Source of the DNA: a virus
Taxonomy: Duplodnaviria; Caudoviricetes
DNA length: 64,000 nt
Virus record (IMG/VR): IMGVR_UViG_2595698832_000001
Location: 32,001 to 96,000 of that record
Reading direction: 5' to 3' (one strand)
How positions within the stretch are numbered: the first letter of the stretch is position 1; each line of letters starts with the position of its first letter. Below the pieces are notes generated by a model. It was not told where the DNA came from, ran no database searches, and saw nothing but the letters and a program-made list of their open reading frames with translations. The translations under genes were made by a program, and so were the position numbers. This document shows positions 30,575 through 42,990 of this stretch, in pieces.

Positions 30575-31723
30575 CTATTGAATATCAGTATCCTTGAATC
30601 TTGATAAAATCAATTTTGTAATATAAAATTGTGAACTTTCTATTTTATCTATAAACCCAGTTAAAATATACTCACCAGAAATTTTAGTGTCTCCTTCTTG
30701 TGTTTCATTAGTATTTTCGTTAGATTTAAATAATACTTTGTATTTTGTGAATATTTCTGGTGCCTTAACAACTCCAGGTACTACTAATTCTAACTTAGAA
30801 TAATCTAAAAACGATTTATATGTATCAGCAAAAATATTATCATCGTACAAATATTCTTGAGCTTGATATTCAAAACCATCGTGATCTTGAGATTCTACTG
30901 GAACATCGAAATCTAAATCTTCAAGATTAATTTTCATAACTTTCATTGTTTTAGTAGCTTTATCAAATGCGATTATTTGTGATTTCGGTAATTTCAGAGC
31001 TTGGTTTGTGTTTATAATCTTCCTAGATAAAATATCATAAGGGTTGTTAGGATCTTTTTTAAAATCATCATATTGTATACTTTGAAGTTTTAAATTATTT
31101 GGTTTGAGTTCTTTATAAGGTTTCATAACAATTTTTTGTTTATCCTGAAATAATATTAATCCTTGTCTATCACATTCTTCGAATATGAAATCCAATACAG
31201 ATTTTCGTGAAGTTAAAACGAAGTTTTCAATTATGATGTTGCTAGATAATTCCAATTTAACAGAATCTGGATTATATTTTAATTTTGGTTTAATATAAGT
31301 ATCATATATATCTTTAAAAATATCTGAAAGTTTTTTATTTTTATATGTTTTAGCTATATATAATTTACTAAACAAATAAGATACCAAATCTTGACCTTGT
31401 ATTGTAAAACTGGATTTATCAGTTGTTTGAGTTTTATTATTTTTAACAACTTGAAATTCTCTTCTATAGTAACCTTCACTAGCATCTAATATAAAAGGAA
31501 TAAATCGCATATCACCGGATTGATCTAAATAGTATTGTAAATCCGTGGTACCATTGACTGTAAAATAAGACAAGATGATAAAACCATTGAATGAAATTTC
31601 ACCAGATTTTGTTTCTCCAGTTTTTAATTCAAGTGATTTACTTGATTTATTATTAAGAATAGATAAAGTAAAATCTTTGACATCACAAGCGTGAGAAAAT
31701 AGACTTTGAGTTCCCGGATTCAT
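30575..31723 (-). CDS. Putative baseplate hub/virion structural protein
   Basis: 382-aa ORF coupled to gp14; ends ISGEYIL..YITKLILSR, like hub proteins. Confidence 0.45.
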   Translation of the reverse strand: MNPGTQSLFSHACDVKDFTLSILNNKSSKSLELKTGETKSGEISFNGFIILSYFTVNGTTDLQYYLDQSGDMRFIPFILDASEGYYRREFQVVKNNKTQTTDKSSFTIQGQDLVSYLFSKLYIAKTYKNKKLSDIFKDIYDTYIKPKLKYNPDSVKLELSSNIIIENFVLTSRKSVLDFIFEECDRQGLILFQDKQKIVMKPYKELKPNNLKLQSIQYDDFKKDPNNPYDILSRKIINTNQALKLPKSQIIAFDKATKTMKVMKINLEDLDFDVPVESQDHDGFEYQAQEYLYDDNIFADTYKSFLDYSKLELVVPGVVKAPEIFTKYKVLFKSNENTNETQEGDTKISGEYILTGFIDKIESSQFYITKLILSRFKDTDIQ

Positions 31724-32419
31724 TAGAACCTACCAAATACATCATCAGAATTTGTATAAAAATCTTTTGTTTCTTGTTGTTGTTTATCTTTAATAGAACT
31801 CAATTCATCGAAATATTTTTCAAGCTCGTTATGCATATCTGTATTAGGTGTTTGCTTGTCTAATAATTCGTCAGATCTAATAACAAAATCACTTTCAAGT
31901 TCATCAGATTTTTTAAATACATAAGTTTTGCATTTAAATTTATAAACTATTTTTATATTGATTATAAAGAAATACGTTATTTAACCCAAAACAATCTAAC
32001 GTAATTTCGGTAATTTCAAGAATCTTTCCACTTGGAACGATTATTAAAGATCCTATTAAATCGTGAATTCTGGAATCTGGTAAAGTTACATCGTATTCAT
32101 TCTTAGAATTCATTGAAGATTGAACTAAATTAAATGTGGAAATTTTAGAAACATATAAACCTATACTTGTATCTAACGGAACACCAAATTGGGTTTGCAA
32201 CCTTTCATATTGGTCAAATTCTTCTGAATTTTCTGGCATACCAAATATTTCAAAACAAGCTCTATTGTCCGCTTTAAAATGACTAAAATCACCAAATGTT
32301 AAATCCCTGTTAATTTTTTTGGTAATGATTAATTTAAGTGGAGCACCATAAAGTCTAATGAGTTCTTCGGTAACAGATCCACTCAGATCATATTCATTAG
32401 TATGCTGGTTAAAATTCAA
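31723..32419 (-). CDS. gp14: Neck protein (gp14-like), frameshift near 31945
   Basis: EELIRLYG..DLTFGD..FG..GSLI pattern. Confidence 0.7.
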
Positions 32420-32486
32420 TTTTAAAGCCTCATTTTTGATATATTTATTTTAAGTAATCAAAATAAATAAAATCAAAAGGTTCAAG

Positions 32487-35400
32487 ATGGACAGCACAGA
32501 TAATTCTAAAGCTACGAGTATTGAAACAAATCAATATATAAAAAATCCAAAATATACAACAAAAGAAGCTATTGATAAATTTGTTAACCTATTGATCCTA
32601 GGTAGATACACTGAAAAAGATTTATCAGATGCTTTGAACTATTGCTTAATACGTAGCACAGAAAGTTTTGATAATATAGATTCTATAAAAGAAGCTATAG
32701 AAGAACTTAAGAAAGATTCAGAAGCTTTTAAAATATTCATAGATAATACAAATAAACTTTTAGATGCTATTCAAGATATTAATAAAGAACAAACTGCTGA
32801 AATTGATAAAATTAATGAATTCTTAAAAACAGCAGTAACTTTAGATACTGAACAAACTATTACAGGAACTAAAACATTTAATAAGATTTATGTTCCAAAT
32901 CCTACAGAATCTAAACAAGCTGCTAACGCTCAGTATGTTATAGATTATGTTAAAGATCAATTAAGTAAAACTATTGGAGATTTAAATAATTTAAAAACTG
33001 AATCTAAAGATTTAATTATTAATGCTATTAACGAAGTTCTTGACAATTTAAATGCTTATAAAGAAACTATAAATGAAACTGCTATTAATCAAATGATTGA
33101 TACTAAGTTAAATCCATTAATAGAAAGAATTACAACAATTGAATCTACTGCGGATTACACCAAAGAATTAGCAGAAGCTAATAAGCAAGCTATTGAAGAT
33201 TTAAATACAAAAGTAGTTGATAATACTAGTGATATAACGGATATTAATAGAAGACTTGAAGAAGCTGTTTTCTATAGTAAAATTGATGATACTCGCAAAA
33301 CTATACAACTTAAAAATTATGATAGCATTTCCGGTGTTAGTACTACTGGTGAAGGTATCAATATTGCTATGGTTTCTAAATGGGATAAAGTAGATTTAGG
33401 ATCTAATCAAATTCCTATTAACTTAAATGGATCGGAAACTAGACCAACTTATAATGATTCCAAAGAAATAGCTTTAATAGATGATGTTAACTTAAAAGCA
33501 GATGCTAGCAATGTTTATAATAAATCTGAAATTGATACTAAATTAGATACTAAAGCAGATTCAAATACCGTTTATAATAAAGAAGATTCTGACGCTAGAT
33601 TTGTTAGTTTAACTGAGAATCAAAACATTCAAGGCAATAAAGTTATAGAAGGTATTTGGGAATTTAATGGAATATTGTCTAAACCAAAACAATTAGCAAC
33701 TACTGAATATGTGGTAAATTATGCTAAAACATATGCTAACCAAAAAGTCGGAGATTTGGCAAGTCTTAAAACAGAAGCTAAAGATACAGCAGTGTCTGCT
33801 ATCAACGAATTATTTGATAAGATTGAATCTGGTAATACAGATGAGCCAGTTGATACTTATACAAAACAAGAAATAGATGCTAAATTAGAAACTAAAGCAG
33901 ATGTTGACAATGTTTATAATAAATCTGAAATTGATTCAAAAACTTGATCTTAAAGCAGACGCTGGCAGTGTCTATAACAAATCAGAGATTGATCATAAAT
34001 TTGAAAACATAACTATTGATGATATTAATTATGCGAAGTTAGGTGAGGAAAATACTTTTATTCAAGAACAAAACATAAAACAAGTAAATATAAGTGATGA
34101 ACCTACACTAGATACCCATGTAATTACTTTAAAATATTTTAAAGATAATTCTAGTGGTGGTATTTCTCCAGCTGATTATGTAACCAAGACTGAATTTACA
34201 AGTGGTATTAATAACAAAGCTGATAAAAATCATACACATGTTGTAGCTGATATAACAGATTTAAATTTAGATAGACTTGCTACAAAAGAAGAAACATATA
34301 CTAAACAAGAAATAGATAATAAAATAGATGCAATAGTACCACCTGAAATTGACTTAACTCATTATGCAAAGAAAGATGCAGCTAATATTTTTACAAAAGC
34401 TAATACTTTTACAGAAGCACCTTCGGTAGAAGTAGATGCAACACTAGATAATCACGTTATTAGAAAAAAACAATTTGACAATAACATAAAAGAAATAAAT
34501 GATAAAGTTAAATCTGTTGTTGGTGATTTAAATTCATTAAATAATGAAGTTTCTAAAGATAATTTAGTTAATGCTATAAATAGTGTGGATGATAAGTTCA
34601 AAACAACGGCTAAAACTAATGAATCAAATACATTTACAGGGGATCAAACTTATTTAGACAATATTTTACTAGAATCTGTTCCTTCTGAAAGAAATCACGC
34701 AGTTAATTTGGGATATATTTTAGACAATCCTGGAGGTATAAAACTCCCTGATCACACAGCACTTACACAGAATTCTGTTACAGAAATAACTTTTGGATAT
34801 GCAAATCCAGTAGCGTACTCTGCACAACAATTAAAAAATGTATTCCTAAAAGATATAGTAGGTAATGAATATAAAGCTATTATGGCAGATGCAACATCAT
34901 TTACAGCAAATCCTTCAAAAGAAATGGTTGTTATACTTTCTAGAACTGATTATACAAAAAATATAGATGTTAATTTTGACATAACTAAAACAGTTGATGA
35001 GCTTAAACAATATGAGCTTAAAGAAGGAGAAGTTAGAGTTATACTATCTTACGATATTGTATCTGTTTATTCTAGTGGATATGGTTATGGCGCTATGTTT
35101 TCTAGAAACGCTAATAAAAAAGACGGAGATTTAATATATGATTATTATTTTGGAAGTCAAAATGATATAACAAATAATAGAAAAGTATCTATAAAAATAG
35201 ATAAACTTGGCATTAATACTCCGGATATTGTAAGTATATCTATGACCACAAATGGTTCAGAAAAACTTACAGTTAAAACTGATGAACTAAATCCTATAGA
35301 AAACATTTATGATTCTGCAGATATGACTTATATTCATACTCCTGTAAGCAAAACTGTAGGAGATGTTCTGTATAGTAATATATCTCAAGCAATCAAATCA

Positions 35401-37752
35401 ATACATTTATTAGAAAATAATATATGTTCTTTAAAGCCTGCAGATATGGAATTACAACTTGTAAGACTTAAAGAATTTAAACAAACAATAAATAATATAT
35501 TGCAATCTATGTTTGATGAGAGCCCTGTAACTCTAAAAAATGGAGATTACATAGATGTTTCATTTAGTGGTAGTGCAAGCTGTGGAACAGGATATTGTGG
35601 GTATGTTAATATAAAAGATACTATAAGAGATATTACATATAAAGCTTATAAAGTATCTTCAAATGCTTTTAATACAACTAGTGAAACTAAAGTTATTGCA
35701 GTTCTAACTTCTGATAACAGTAAAACAAATGTAACTTATTCTGATAGTGTATCAACATTAGAATCTTATGAAGTAGCAGAAAATGAGATATTATTAGAAA
35801 TATCATTTTCAACTGCTAAGCAGTATTCTGCTAAATACGGGTATGGAGCTATGTTAGAGTATTGGGGTTCTGTATCTGATTTATGTTATGATTATTATAT
35901 GGGTTCAAACCTAGATATGAACTGTCCATTTAAAATAACAATACTAAAACTAGGAAGTTCTGTTAAAGCAGATACTATACAAATAGGTGCTCCTACTTTT
36001 GCAGGATCATTAGTTATGCACCTAAGAAAAAATACAAACGATGTTATTAATTTCCTTGTATCTACAGGTGTGAATGTAACAGGAAGAGATGGAGCTGAAA
36101 GCGGATCAGTATATAATTTAGTAGAAAAATCATTGAAACCATTAAAAGTTCTAACATCTGAAGCACATCAATCTATAAATGGTATAACTACTTTTAATAA
36201 TAAAGTGTATATGAATATAGACAATGAAAAAATTACAGACAGCAAACAACTAATACATAAAGAATACCTAGATAAAAATATTGCAGACAATGTAGCATAT
36301 AATATTAGTAATACTCCATTAGTACCTTACAATGATGTTAGCTCTTTAAACACAAAAAATATCGGTGTAAGAATATCTGCGACAACTAATAACTCTAGTT
36401 ATTCATCTGGTGATACAGTAGTAGTTAGTAATTTCAAGATAAAACTTAAAGGAGATGGTGAATACCTTAAACCTTATGGGGTTGAAGTTGTTGATAGAGA
36501 AAATAATAAAATAGGTTTAAATTTAATAGGAGATGATACAGTATATAATGATAATGATGCTTTATTATCTACAAGGCCTTCTGATTTCAACTCATCTAAT
36601 GTAGATCTTTCTAGTGGTAGTAATGCTGTAGCTACAGTAAAAACAAATGGTGCATACGATTATAGTGGAGTATATGAGATTTGTAATCCTTTCAGAGAGT
36701 ATAATAAAAAATATTGCGTATTTTTAAGTTCTGATGGATTAAAAAATCCTTACTATCAAGTTGATATAAGTAGCTCCAAACAAGTTGATAATATATCTTT
36801 TCAATTATTTGGAACTAGTGCTACAAATCCTTTTTTATATTCTAAAGACTGTAAAATTGAGTTATTTGTAGAAAATACTGTTGTAAAAACCTTCAATGTT
36901 AAAGGAAGCTCTGAAAATAATAGTCCTGTAAATATTAATATAGATTATAAAGATGGTATGTTCTTAATATCTGTTCTTGATTCTATAAATTATATAAATA
37001 ATAGAATCAATAAAAATGCAGAGTTACTTACAGGGTTAGGGAAACCCAATTTTTCACTAAACCCTAATAAAATAGGCTCTTTATACTCTGATACAACAAA
37101 TAAAGCTGTATATATGTGTATAGACAATACTTTTGGTGCTAATAAATGGGTGAATATAGTAACAGGTGATGAAATTAAACCAAACCTTAGAAAAATAGAA
37201 ATCACTTGTAATGTAAACTTAAGAAGTGGCCAATACGGTGGTTGCATGAGCGGTGTTAAAATAGGATTTGATAACGGGTATGCTTCTACAAAACAAATAG
37301 TTAAAGGATTAAATAATGGTCAGATATTATGGTCATTAGACGGTTTAGGTAATCTAGCTAGTTATTCTGAAGTAGGTTCTTTATCTCCTAGTGGTAATGA
37401 TATCAAAGGTGATGTTACTACTACTGGAATATATAACGACCCTTCATATCATTGTGTTACTAATATATTCAAAGAGTATCTTGGAAATGCTGACCAGTGT
37501 TCATTATGGTCTGACGCTAGCACTAAACAATTAAAAATAACATTAATATCTGAAAAAGTCCCTAATAAAATTACTTATGTAGGTAACGGATATTATGGTC
37601 AGACTTCTGTATCTGATGTAAAAGCTATATGGTATTATGTAAATGATGACGGTATGAAAGTAGAAGAGTCTGTAGATAATGAACTTGAAGTTAGTGTTAA
37701 TAGTTCAGAAACAAACGATAGTTCTTATATATATGCGTTCAATATAAATTAG
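32487..37752 (+). CDS. Very large fibre/receptor-binding-like protein (ORFs 32487..33947 and 33901..37752 joined by frameshift)
   Basis: Repeats (V/T)YNKSEID, GDLxxLKTE, HTHVVADITDL; duplicated globular C-terminal modules; AATAAATA late promoter. Confidence 0.65.
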
Positions 37753-37923
37753 ATATGTAAGACTGTATTAATGATAGATCCAACTAAAGACTTTTTAAAA
37801 GCTATTATTTGGAAACATCATTATTATTTTTGATTCATTTTATTAAAGAAAACAGAGATATAAATATTATATAATAACGAATTATCAGAAGTTGAAGAAT
37901 CTAAACAAGATTAAAGGTAAAAA

Positions 37924-38160
37924 ATGTTATCATTTGTAGTTAACCAAGCATTACCAGACTTGAATCAATCATTTAATTCAGAAGGAACTGACTTAACTAG
38001 TTATGTAAAACCAGAATCTAATTTAAACCTAGTATATAAAAAAAGATCTAATATAACTTATACAATTGAAAAATCTTTTGAATCCTATACTAAAGTAAAT
38101 GAAATCTATACTATAGATTCTTATTTACAAGTAAAAAATAAAGACACGAAGTTCGATTAA
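37924..38160 (+). CDS. hypothetical protein
   Basis: 78-aa ORF with AAGG RBS. Confidence 0.45.
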   Translation: MLSFVVNQALPDLNQSFNSEGTDLTSYVKPESNLNLVYKKRSNITYTIEKSFESYTKVNEIYTIDSYLQVKNKDTKFD

Positions 38161-38205
38161 TTTTAAAATAGTTCCGGGGTTGGCTATTGAAGCTGAGGGT
38201 TCTTA

Positions 38206-39566
38206 ATGGCTTTCTTTCATTTTAATACTTTAAGAAAATATACTGGAGCTTTGATACATTTATTTTCTAATTTAGAAATACAAACTATTCAAAGTAATGG
38301 TAAACCATTATATTCTATAGTTCCTATTCAGTATGCTAACAGGGAAAGATTTGATATTTATAGTCAATTATCTTATAATCAAATGTTTAATGGTAATACG
38401 CAAGTTTTACCTAGAGGTATACTCTTGTTTACTGGTATGAATGCTAATATCAACAGAGACAAAAAATAAATTTGCTAAGATATATAGAAAATCACAAATA
38501 ATTAAAGGTAGAAACTAAAAAATTAAATTATCAATTCAATTCAGTTCCTTATGATTTTACTTATCAAGTAATTATACAATGTCGTGGAATGAATGAAGCT
38601 AGTATGATATTAGAACAAGTCGCTAGTTATTTTAATCCTAGTTATTGTTTAAGAATTAAAGAAGTAGATTTACCAGATTTTGGAGATACCTCTTGTATAT
38701 TAGAATTAAACTCGACTAGTGTAGATCAAGAATCTATGGATGAATTAAGTACTAATATTGTAACTTGCACTTTTGATTTAACCTTAAGGGGTAATATATA
38801 CCCAGCAATAAAAGAACAACATTTAATAGAATTAGTTCAATTGTTTATGAGCACTGATTTGCCAGAATCTACTGAAGCTAATCCAGTAGTCACGAGAGTT
38901 TATTCCGAAGGTTCTAAAGAAACAGAATCTGGTATTCAAACTTTTATAAATCAATACAAAGCGGTTATTAAGGATATAGAATTCAACCAAGATTATTTAC
39001 TCTGTAAAATAGATTCTGAATGTGAGAAACTTATTAAATTTAAATTTAATTGGTGGGTCAATGACATCAAACAAGACAGCGAAATTGAAAAATTACATTA
39101 TGCACCACGAGATGGTGATATTGTAAAAGTTCAAGCATTTACTGATATTGTTGAGAGTGATATCTTTGAAAAAGAATTCTATTCTGATGAACCAAGATAT
39201 GATTTAATTATTAATGATTTAATTAGGGATGAAGAATTCTTAGAATGTGATTTTACTGACAGTAATCCATCAAATATTAAATATACATTTGAATGGTTTA
39301 TAAACGGTGAAAAATTAGATTTAACACAACGAATTATTAAATATAAATCTAAAGTTAGCTTTGATTGTGAATGTATTATTAGAAGCTCTGATGGTAGAGA
39401 AGCTAAATATTTTAAACATTTTCATAATAATGAAATAATTTTTAAAGATTCTTTTAAAATAAAAGATTCTATGAAACTCGAGCTCAAAACAGATTTGAAA
39501 TCTATAGCCATTGGCTACAACGATTCAATGGGTTTTGATACTAATAATGATTCAAATGATAATTAA
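38206..39566 (+). CDS. gp15: Tail sheath stabiliser/terminator (gp15-like) with C-terminal extension; frameshifted at 38460-38520
   Basis: FFHFNTLRKY..LFS..VPIQYA..LPR; QILEQVASYFNP-like segment (MILEQVASYFNP). Confidence 0.75.
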
Positions 39567-39574
39567 GGTTTAGA

Positions 39575-40327
39575 ATGGGTACTTTTTCATTTTCATTATC
39601 GGATATAAAGAAACAATTAGGTCCTGGTTTAGGAGTTAGATCAAATGCTTACTTACTAGAAGTTGCTGTAGTAGGTGCTGTTTCTAAAAAATTAGCAGTT
39701 CTTTGTCAAAGTACAGCATTACCTGAAAGAAATATTGGAACCACTGATATATTCTACAAAGGTAGAAAATATAAAATGCGTGGTGAAACAGACTTAAGTG
39801 GTACTTACACTATTAATATAACTGATGATTCTGAAATGAAACTTAGAAGAATGTTCGATAGCTGGATGAGAGAAGTAGATAATACCACACCTAAAGGGAC
39901 TAATGCTTTAGCAGGCTTATTTGGTGGTGCTATGGGTGACTTAATGGAGGTAGCTAATGGAACTTTGAAAGCGGTTAATGAAATTAAATCTGCTTGGGAG
40001 TTTGATGGTGGGGTTTCTTGGCTTAAAAATATGATTATGGGCAAGCCACTACCAGCAAATTATCAAACAACTGTAAACATTTGGCAATTAACTAAAGTCA
40101 AAGAAAAACTATATGGGTATGCTTTGACTAATGCTTTTCCTATTGAAGTAGGTGCGGTAGAAGTTTCTGATGAAAATGAAAATCAGTTATCTATGTTTAG
40201 TGTAACTTTTGCATATTCAGATTTTGAACCTATTGAAGATAAAGGTGTAATTGGACAAATAGTTGATACTGTAATAGGCCAAGAAGGTCAAGAAATTGTA
40301 CAAGGTGTTGAAAATCTATTGGATTAA
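39575..40327 (+). CDS. Second tail tube-family protein (gp19/gp54-like)
   Basis: LCQSTALPE..GRKYKMRGE..AFPIEVG..FSVTFAY. Confidence 0.78.
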   Translation: MGTFSFSLSDIKKQLGPGLGVRSNAYLLEVAVVGAVSKKLAVLCQSTALPERNIGTTDIFYKGRKYKMRGETDLSGTYTINITDDSEMKLRRMFDSWMREVDNTTPKGTNALAGLFGGAMGDLMEVANGTLKAVNEIKSAWEFDGGVSWLKNMIMGKPLPANYQTTVNIWQLTKVKEKLYGYALTNAFPIEVGAVEVSDENENQLSMFSVTFAYSDFEPIEDKGVIGQIVDTVIGQEGQEIVQGVENLLD

Positions 40328-40510
40328 AATATTCTTTAGATTTAAAATTTTTTAAGTTTTAATATTATATAATATGTGAAAAATTTAAATTTAAAAGATT
40401 TAACACTGTAGTGTTAAATGTTAGCTCTACAAAAAACTGCTAAAATCACTAAAAAATTTAAGAACATTTTAAGGATTAATATATTATAATTATATTGTAA
40501 AGGAGATCAA

Positions 40511-41017
40511 ATGGATATTTCAATTAAAGAAATACAACCAAGTTCTGAACAACTGAGACAATACAAAGCGCAAAGAATAACACAAAGAAAACGCATCATA
40601 AAAGGTGGGTTTGAGCACGTTCTCGTAACTTCGGATTCTGACTTAGATGGTATTCATATAGGCGCTTTATTGGTGGGGTTTATAGAAAGATTTAGGCCGG
40701 AATACAAAGGTAGATTTGGTCGGTTTAACACGCCTGTTAAAATGGTTTTAAAAGGTGAAACTCCTATTAAATGGACTTATGACATCACAGAAGAGTTACC
40801 GGTTAAATCCGGTGAAAATGCGAAGTATTTCAAAGGTTTAGGATCTTGGCAAAAAGAATTATTAGATTTTGTTATTAAGAAGGATGGATTAGAAAATATG
40901 ATCGATGTCTATGATTTCGATAATATTAATATAATTAATGACTTCTTAGGCTCTGAAGAGAGTGATAAAAGAAAGAATTATATTAGAAATCATTCTTTTA
41001 GTATAGCAAGTCTGTAA
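40511..41017 (+). CDS. DNA topoisomerase II small TOPRIM subunit (T4 gp60-like)
   Basis: SDSDLDGIHI, KYFKGLGS. Confidence 0.82.
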   Translation: MDISIKEIQPSSEQLRQYKAQRITQRKRIIKGGFEHVLVTSDSDLDGIHIGALLVGFIERFRPEYKGRFGRFNTPVKMVLKGETPIKWTYDITEELPVKSGENAKYFKGLGSWQKELLDFVIKKDGLENMIDVYDFDNINIINDFLGSEESDKRKNYIRNHSFSIASL

Positions 41018-41191
41018 TTATTTGATTGTTTTACATTTTGGTGATTTAATTTGATTCTAAGTTTTAAACTTTAGTTTATAATTTAAAGTTTATAATATAA
41101 TAGAATTAATATTAAATTAAGTTTTTTAATTTTTTATAATTGGTTTTAATATAATAGATTAAAACTGATTAATTTTTTTAAAGGTATATTT

Positions 41192-42109
41192 ATGGACATT
41201 AATTTTGATTGGAATTCAATGAATGCGGGAGCTAACCCATTCGAATCTAAAAGTTATGAAAGTGATACTCGTTTTTATACCTTAGCAAAAGATGAAAATG
41301 GTAATGGTGCAGCTTTAATCAGATTCTTACCTAGCGAAGTTCACGAAAATGGCTCAATGAGTACCATTATGAAAGTATTCAAATACAATGTTAGATCTAA
41401 AACTTCTAAAAGATTTATAGCTGAGTGGAGTCCAAGTACAATTGGTTTGCCTGACCCAATTCAAGAAAAGTGGGCATCTCTTTGGAATGCTGGCAAACAA
41501 GATGAAGCAAGAAGATATGCAAGGTCTACAAGATACATTGCTAATATTAAAGTTATTAAAGATCCAAAAAACCCAGCAAATGAAGGTAAAATTTTCTTAC
41601 TTGATATGTCACAAACACTTGGTGAGAAAATTAAATCTATTTTAACACCAAATGAACAAGAATTAGCACTAGGTGCTGTTGCTAAAAATCTTTTTGATCC
41701 TATAAAAGGATTTAACTTTAAATTGATTGCAACTAAAGGGGCCAATGGGTTTATAGAATATTCAAAAAGTGATGCTGAAGCAAATCCAAGTGCAATTTAT
41801 AATAGTGTAGAAGAAGCAGTAGCAGATATTAAAAATAATGCTTATAAATTGTCAGATTGGCAAAAACCAGAAAGCTACAAATCTTACGAAGCATTAAAAG
41901 AATTGCTAGATGGTTTGGATACACCAGTAGAATCTAACAATTTAGATTCAATGGTTCAAGCAGCACCAGTAACAAGTTTTGCTGAACCGGAAGCACCAAC
42001 AGTACGCATTAAAACAGCACCAACTGCACCAACTGCACCAGAAGCTAAAGCGCCAAGTGCTAACCAAGCAGATAATCTTGATGATTTGATGGCTGACTTA
42101 TTAAAGTAA
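41192..42109 (+). CDS. gp32: Single-stranded DNA-binding protein
   Basis: DTRFY..GNGAALIRFLP..YIANI.VIKDP.NP.NEGK; acidic tail LDDLMADL. Confidence 0.92.
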   Translation: MDINFDWNSMNAGANPFESKSYESDTRFYTLAKDENGNGAALIRFLPSEVHENGSMSTIMKVFKYNVRSKTSKRFIAEWSPSTIGLPDPIQEKWASLWNAGKQDEARRYARSTRYIANIKVIKDPKNPANEGKIFLLDMSQTLGEKIKSILTPNEQELALGAVAKNLFDPIKGFNFKLIATKGANGFIEYSKSDAEANPSAIYNSVEEAVADIKNNAYKLSDWQKPESYKSYEALKELLDGLDTPVESNNLDSMVQAAPVTSFAEPEAPTVRIKTAPTAPTAPEAKAPSANQADNLDDLMADLLK

Positions 42110-42149
42110 CTTATAGAAGCTCTGATGGGCTTCTTCTCAAGGAAGAATT

Positions 42150-42422
42150 ATGATCGATATCGAAAACTTTAAACCACTTCAAGATTTTGTTCTAATAAAA
42201 ACAGAACCTGTTAAATTTGAAACTGAATCTGGCATCATCACAAAAATACAAAAATCAAATCTTTATGACCGACCAACCAAAGGTGTTGTAATTAAACAAG
42301 GGCCTAAATGTCAATATGATTTGGTTAATAAAACAGTTCAATGGGATATCACAAAAGGTCAAGATATTGAAGAAAATTATATTCTTTTGACTGAGGATTC
42401 AATACTAGGAATTATAGAGTAA
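42150..42422 (+). CDS. GroES-like co-chaperonin
   Basis: KPLQDFVLI..TESGII..GVVIKQG. Confidence 0.8.
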   Translation: MIDIENFKPLQDFVLIKTEPVKFETESGIITKIQKSNLYDRPTKGVVIKQGPKCQYDLVNKTVQWDITKGQDIEENYILLTEDSILGIIE

Positions 42423-42872
42423 ATGAGAGCTCAGCTTTTTGAATTGCACCAAGAACTCAATATCAAGGATAATATAATCTTGTTACATTGTGATATGTTT
42501 CCTTATGCAGGAAAGAACATCATAAATTTACATATACAAGAACAAACTATGATTAATGTAGCAGCTGGTATTGCATATACTGGCAAACCAGTTATAATCT
42601 ATGGAGTTCTTGGATTTGTTTTTCTTAAAGCTCTGGAGCAAATTAAGTTTAGTATATTAGATTTTAGTGCGAAATATGCTCCAATAATTATGTGTAATGC
42701 TGGATATACTGGGTGTTATGAAATGTATGGCAAAGGCCATATTTTCAAAGAAGAATTAGATCTTTGTAAAGTTTATAATATTGAATATTTCAAACCTAAT
42801 AAAGAAAATTTTAAAGGTTTGATAAAAGATTGTTTAAAAACAAATGGTTTCAAATATATTTTGATATATTAA
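42423..42872 (+). CDS. Transketolase pyrimidine-binding-domain protein
   Basis: IQEQTMINVAAGIA..G; F..KALEQIK. Confidence 0.7.
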   Translation: MRAQLFELHQELNIKDNIILLHCDMFPYAGKNIINLHIQEQTMINVAAGIAYTGKPVIIYGVLGFVFLKALEQIKFSILDFSAKYAPIIMCNAGYTGCYEMYGKGHIFKEELDLCKVYNIEYFKPNKENFKGLIKDCLKTNGFKYILIY

Positions 42873-42990
42873 ATCATTAAGCTTTTAAGCTTTAGCTTAT
42901 AGTTATTAAACATTTTAAGCTTTAGCTTTATTTTTTAAAACTTTTATAGCTTTAAATTAAAAATAAATAATTTAAAACTCAGGAATTTTA

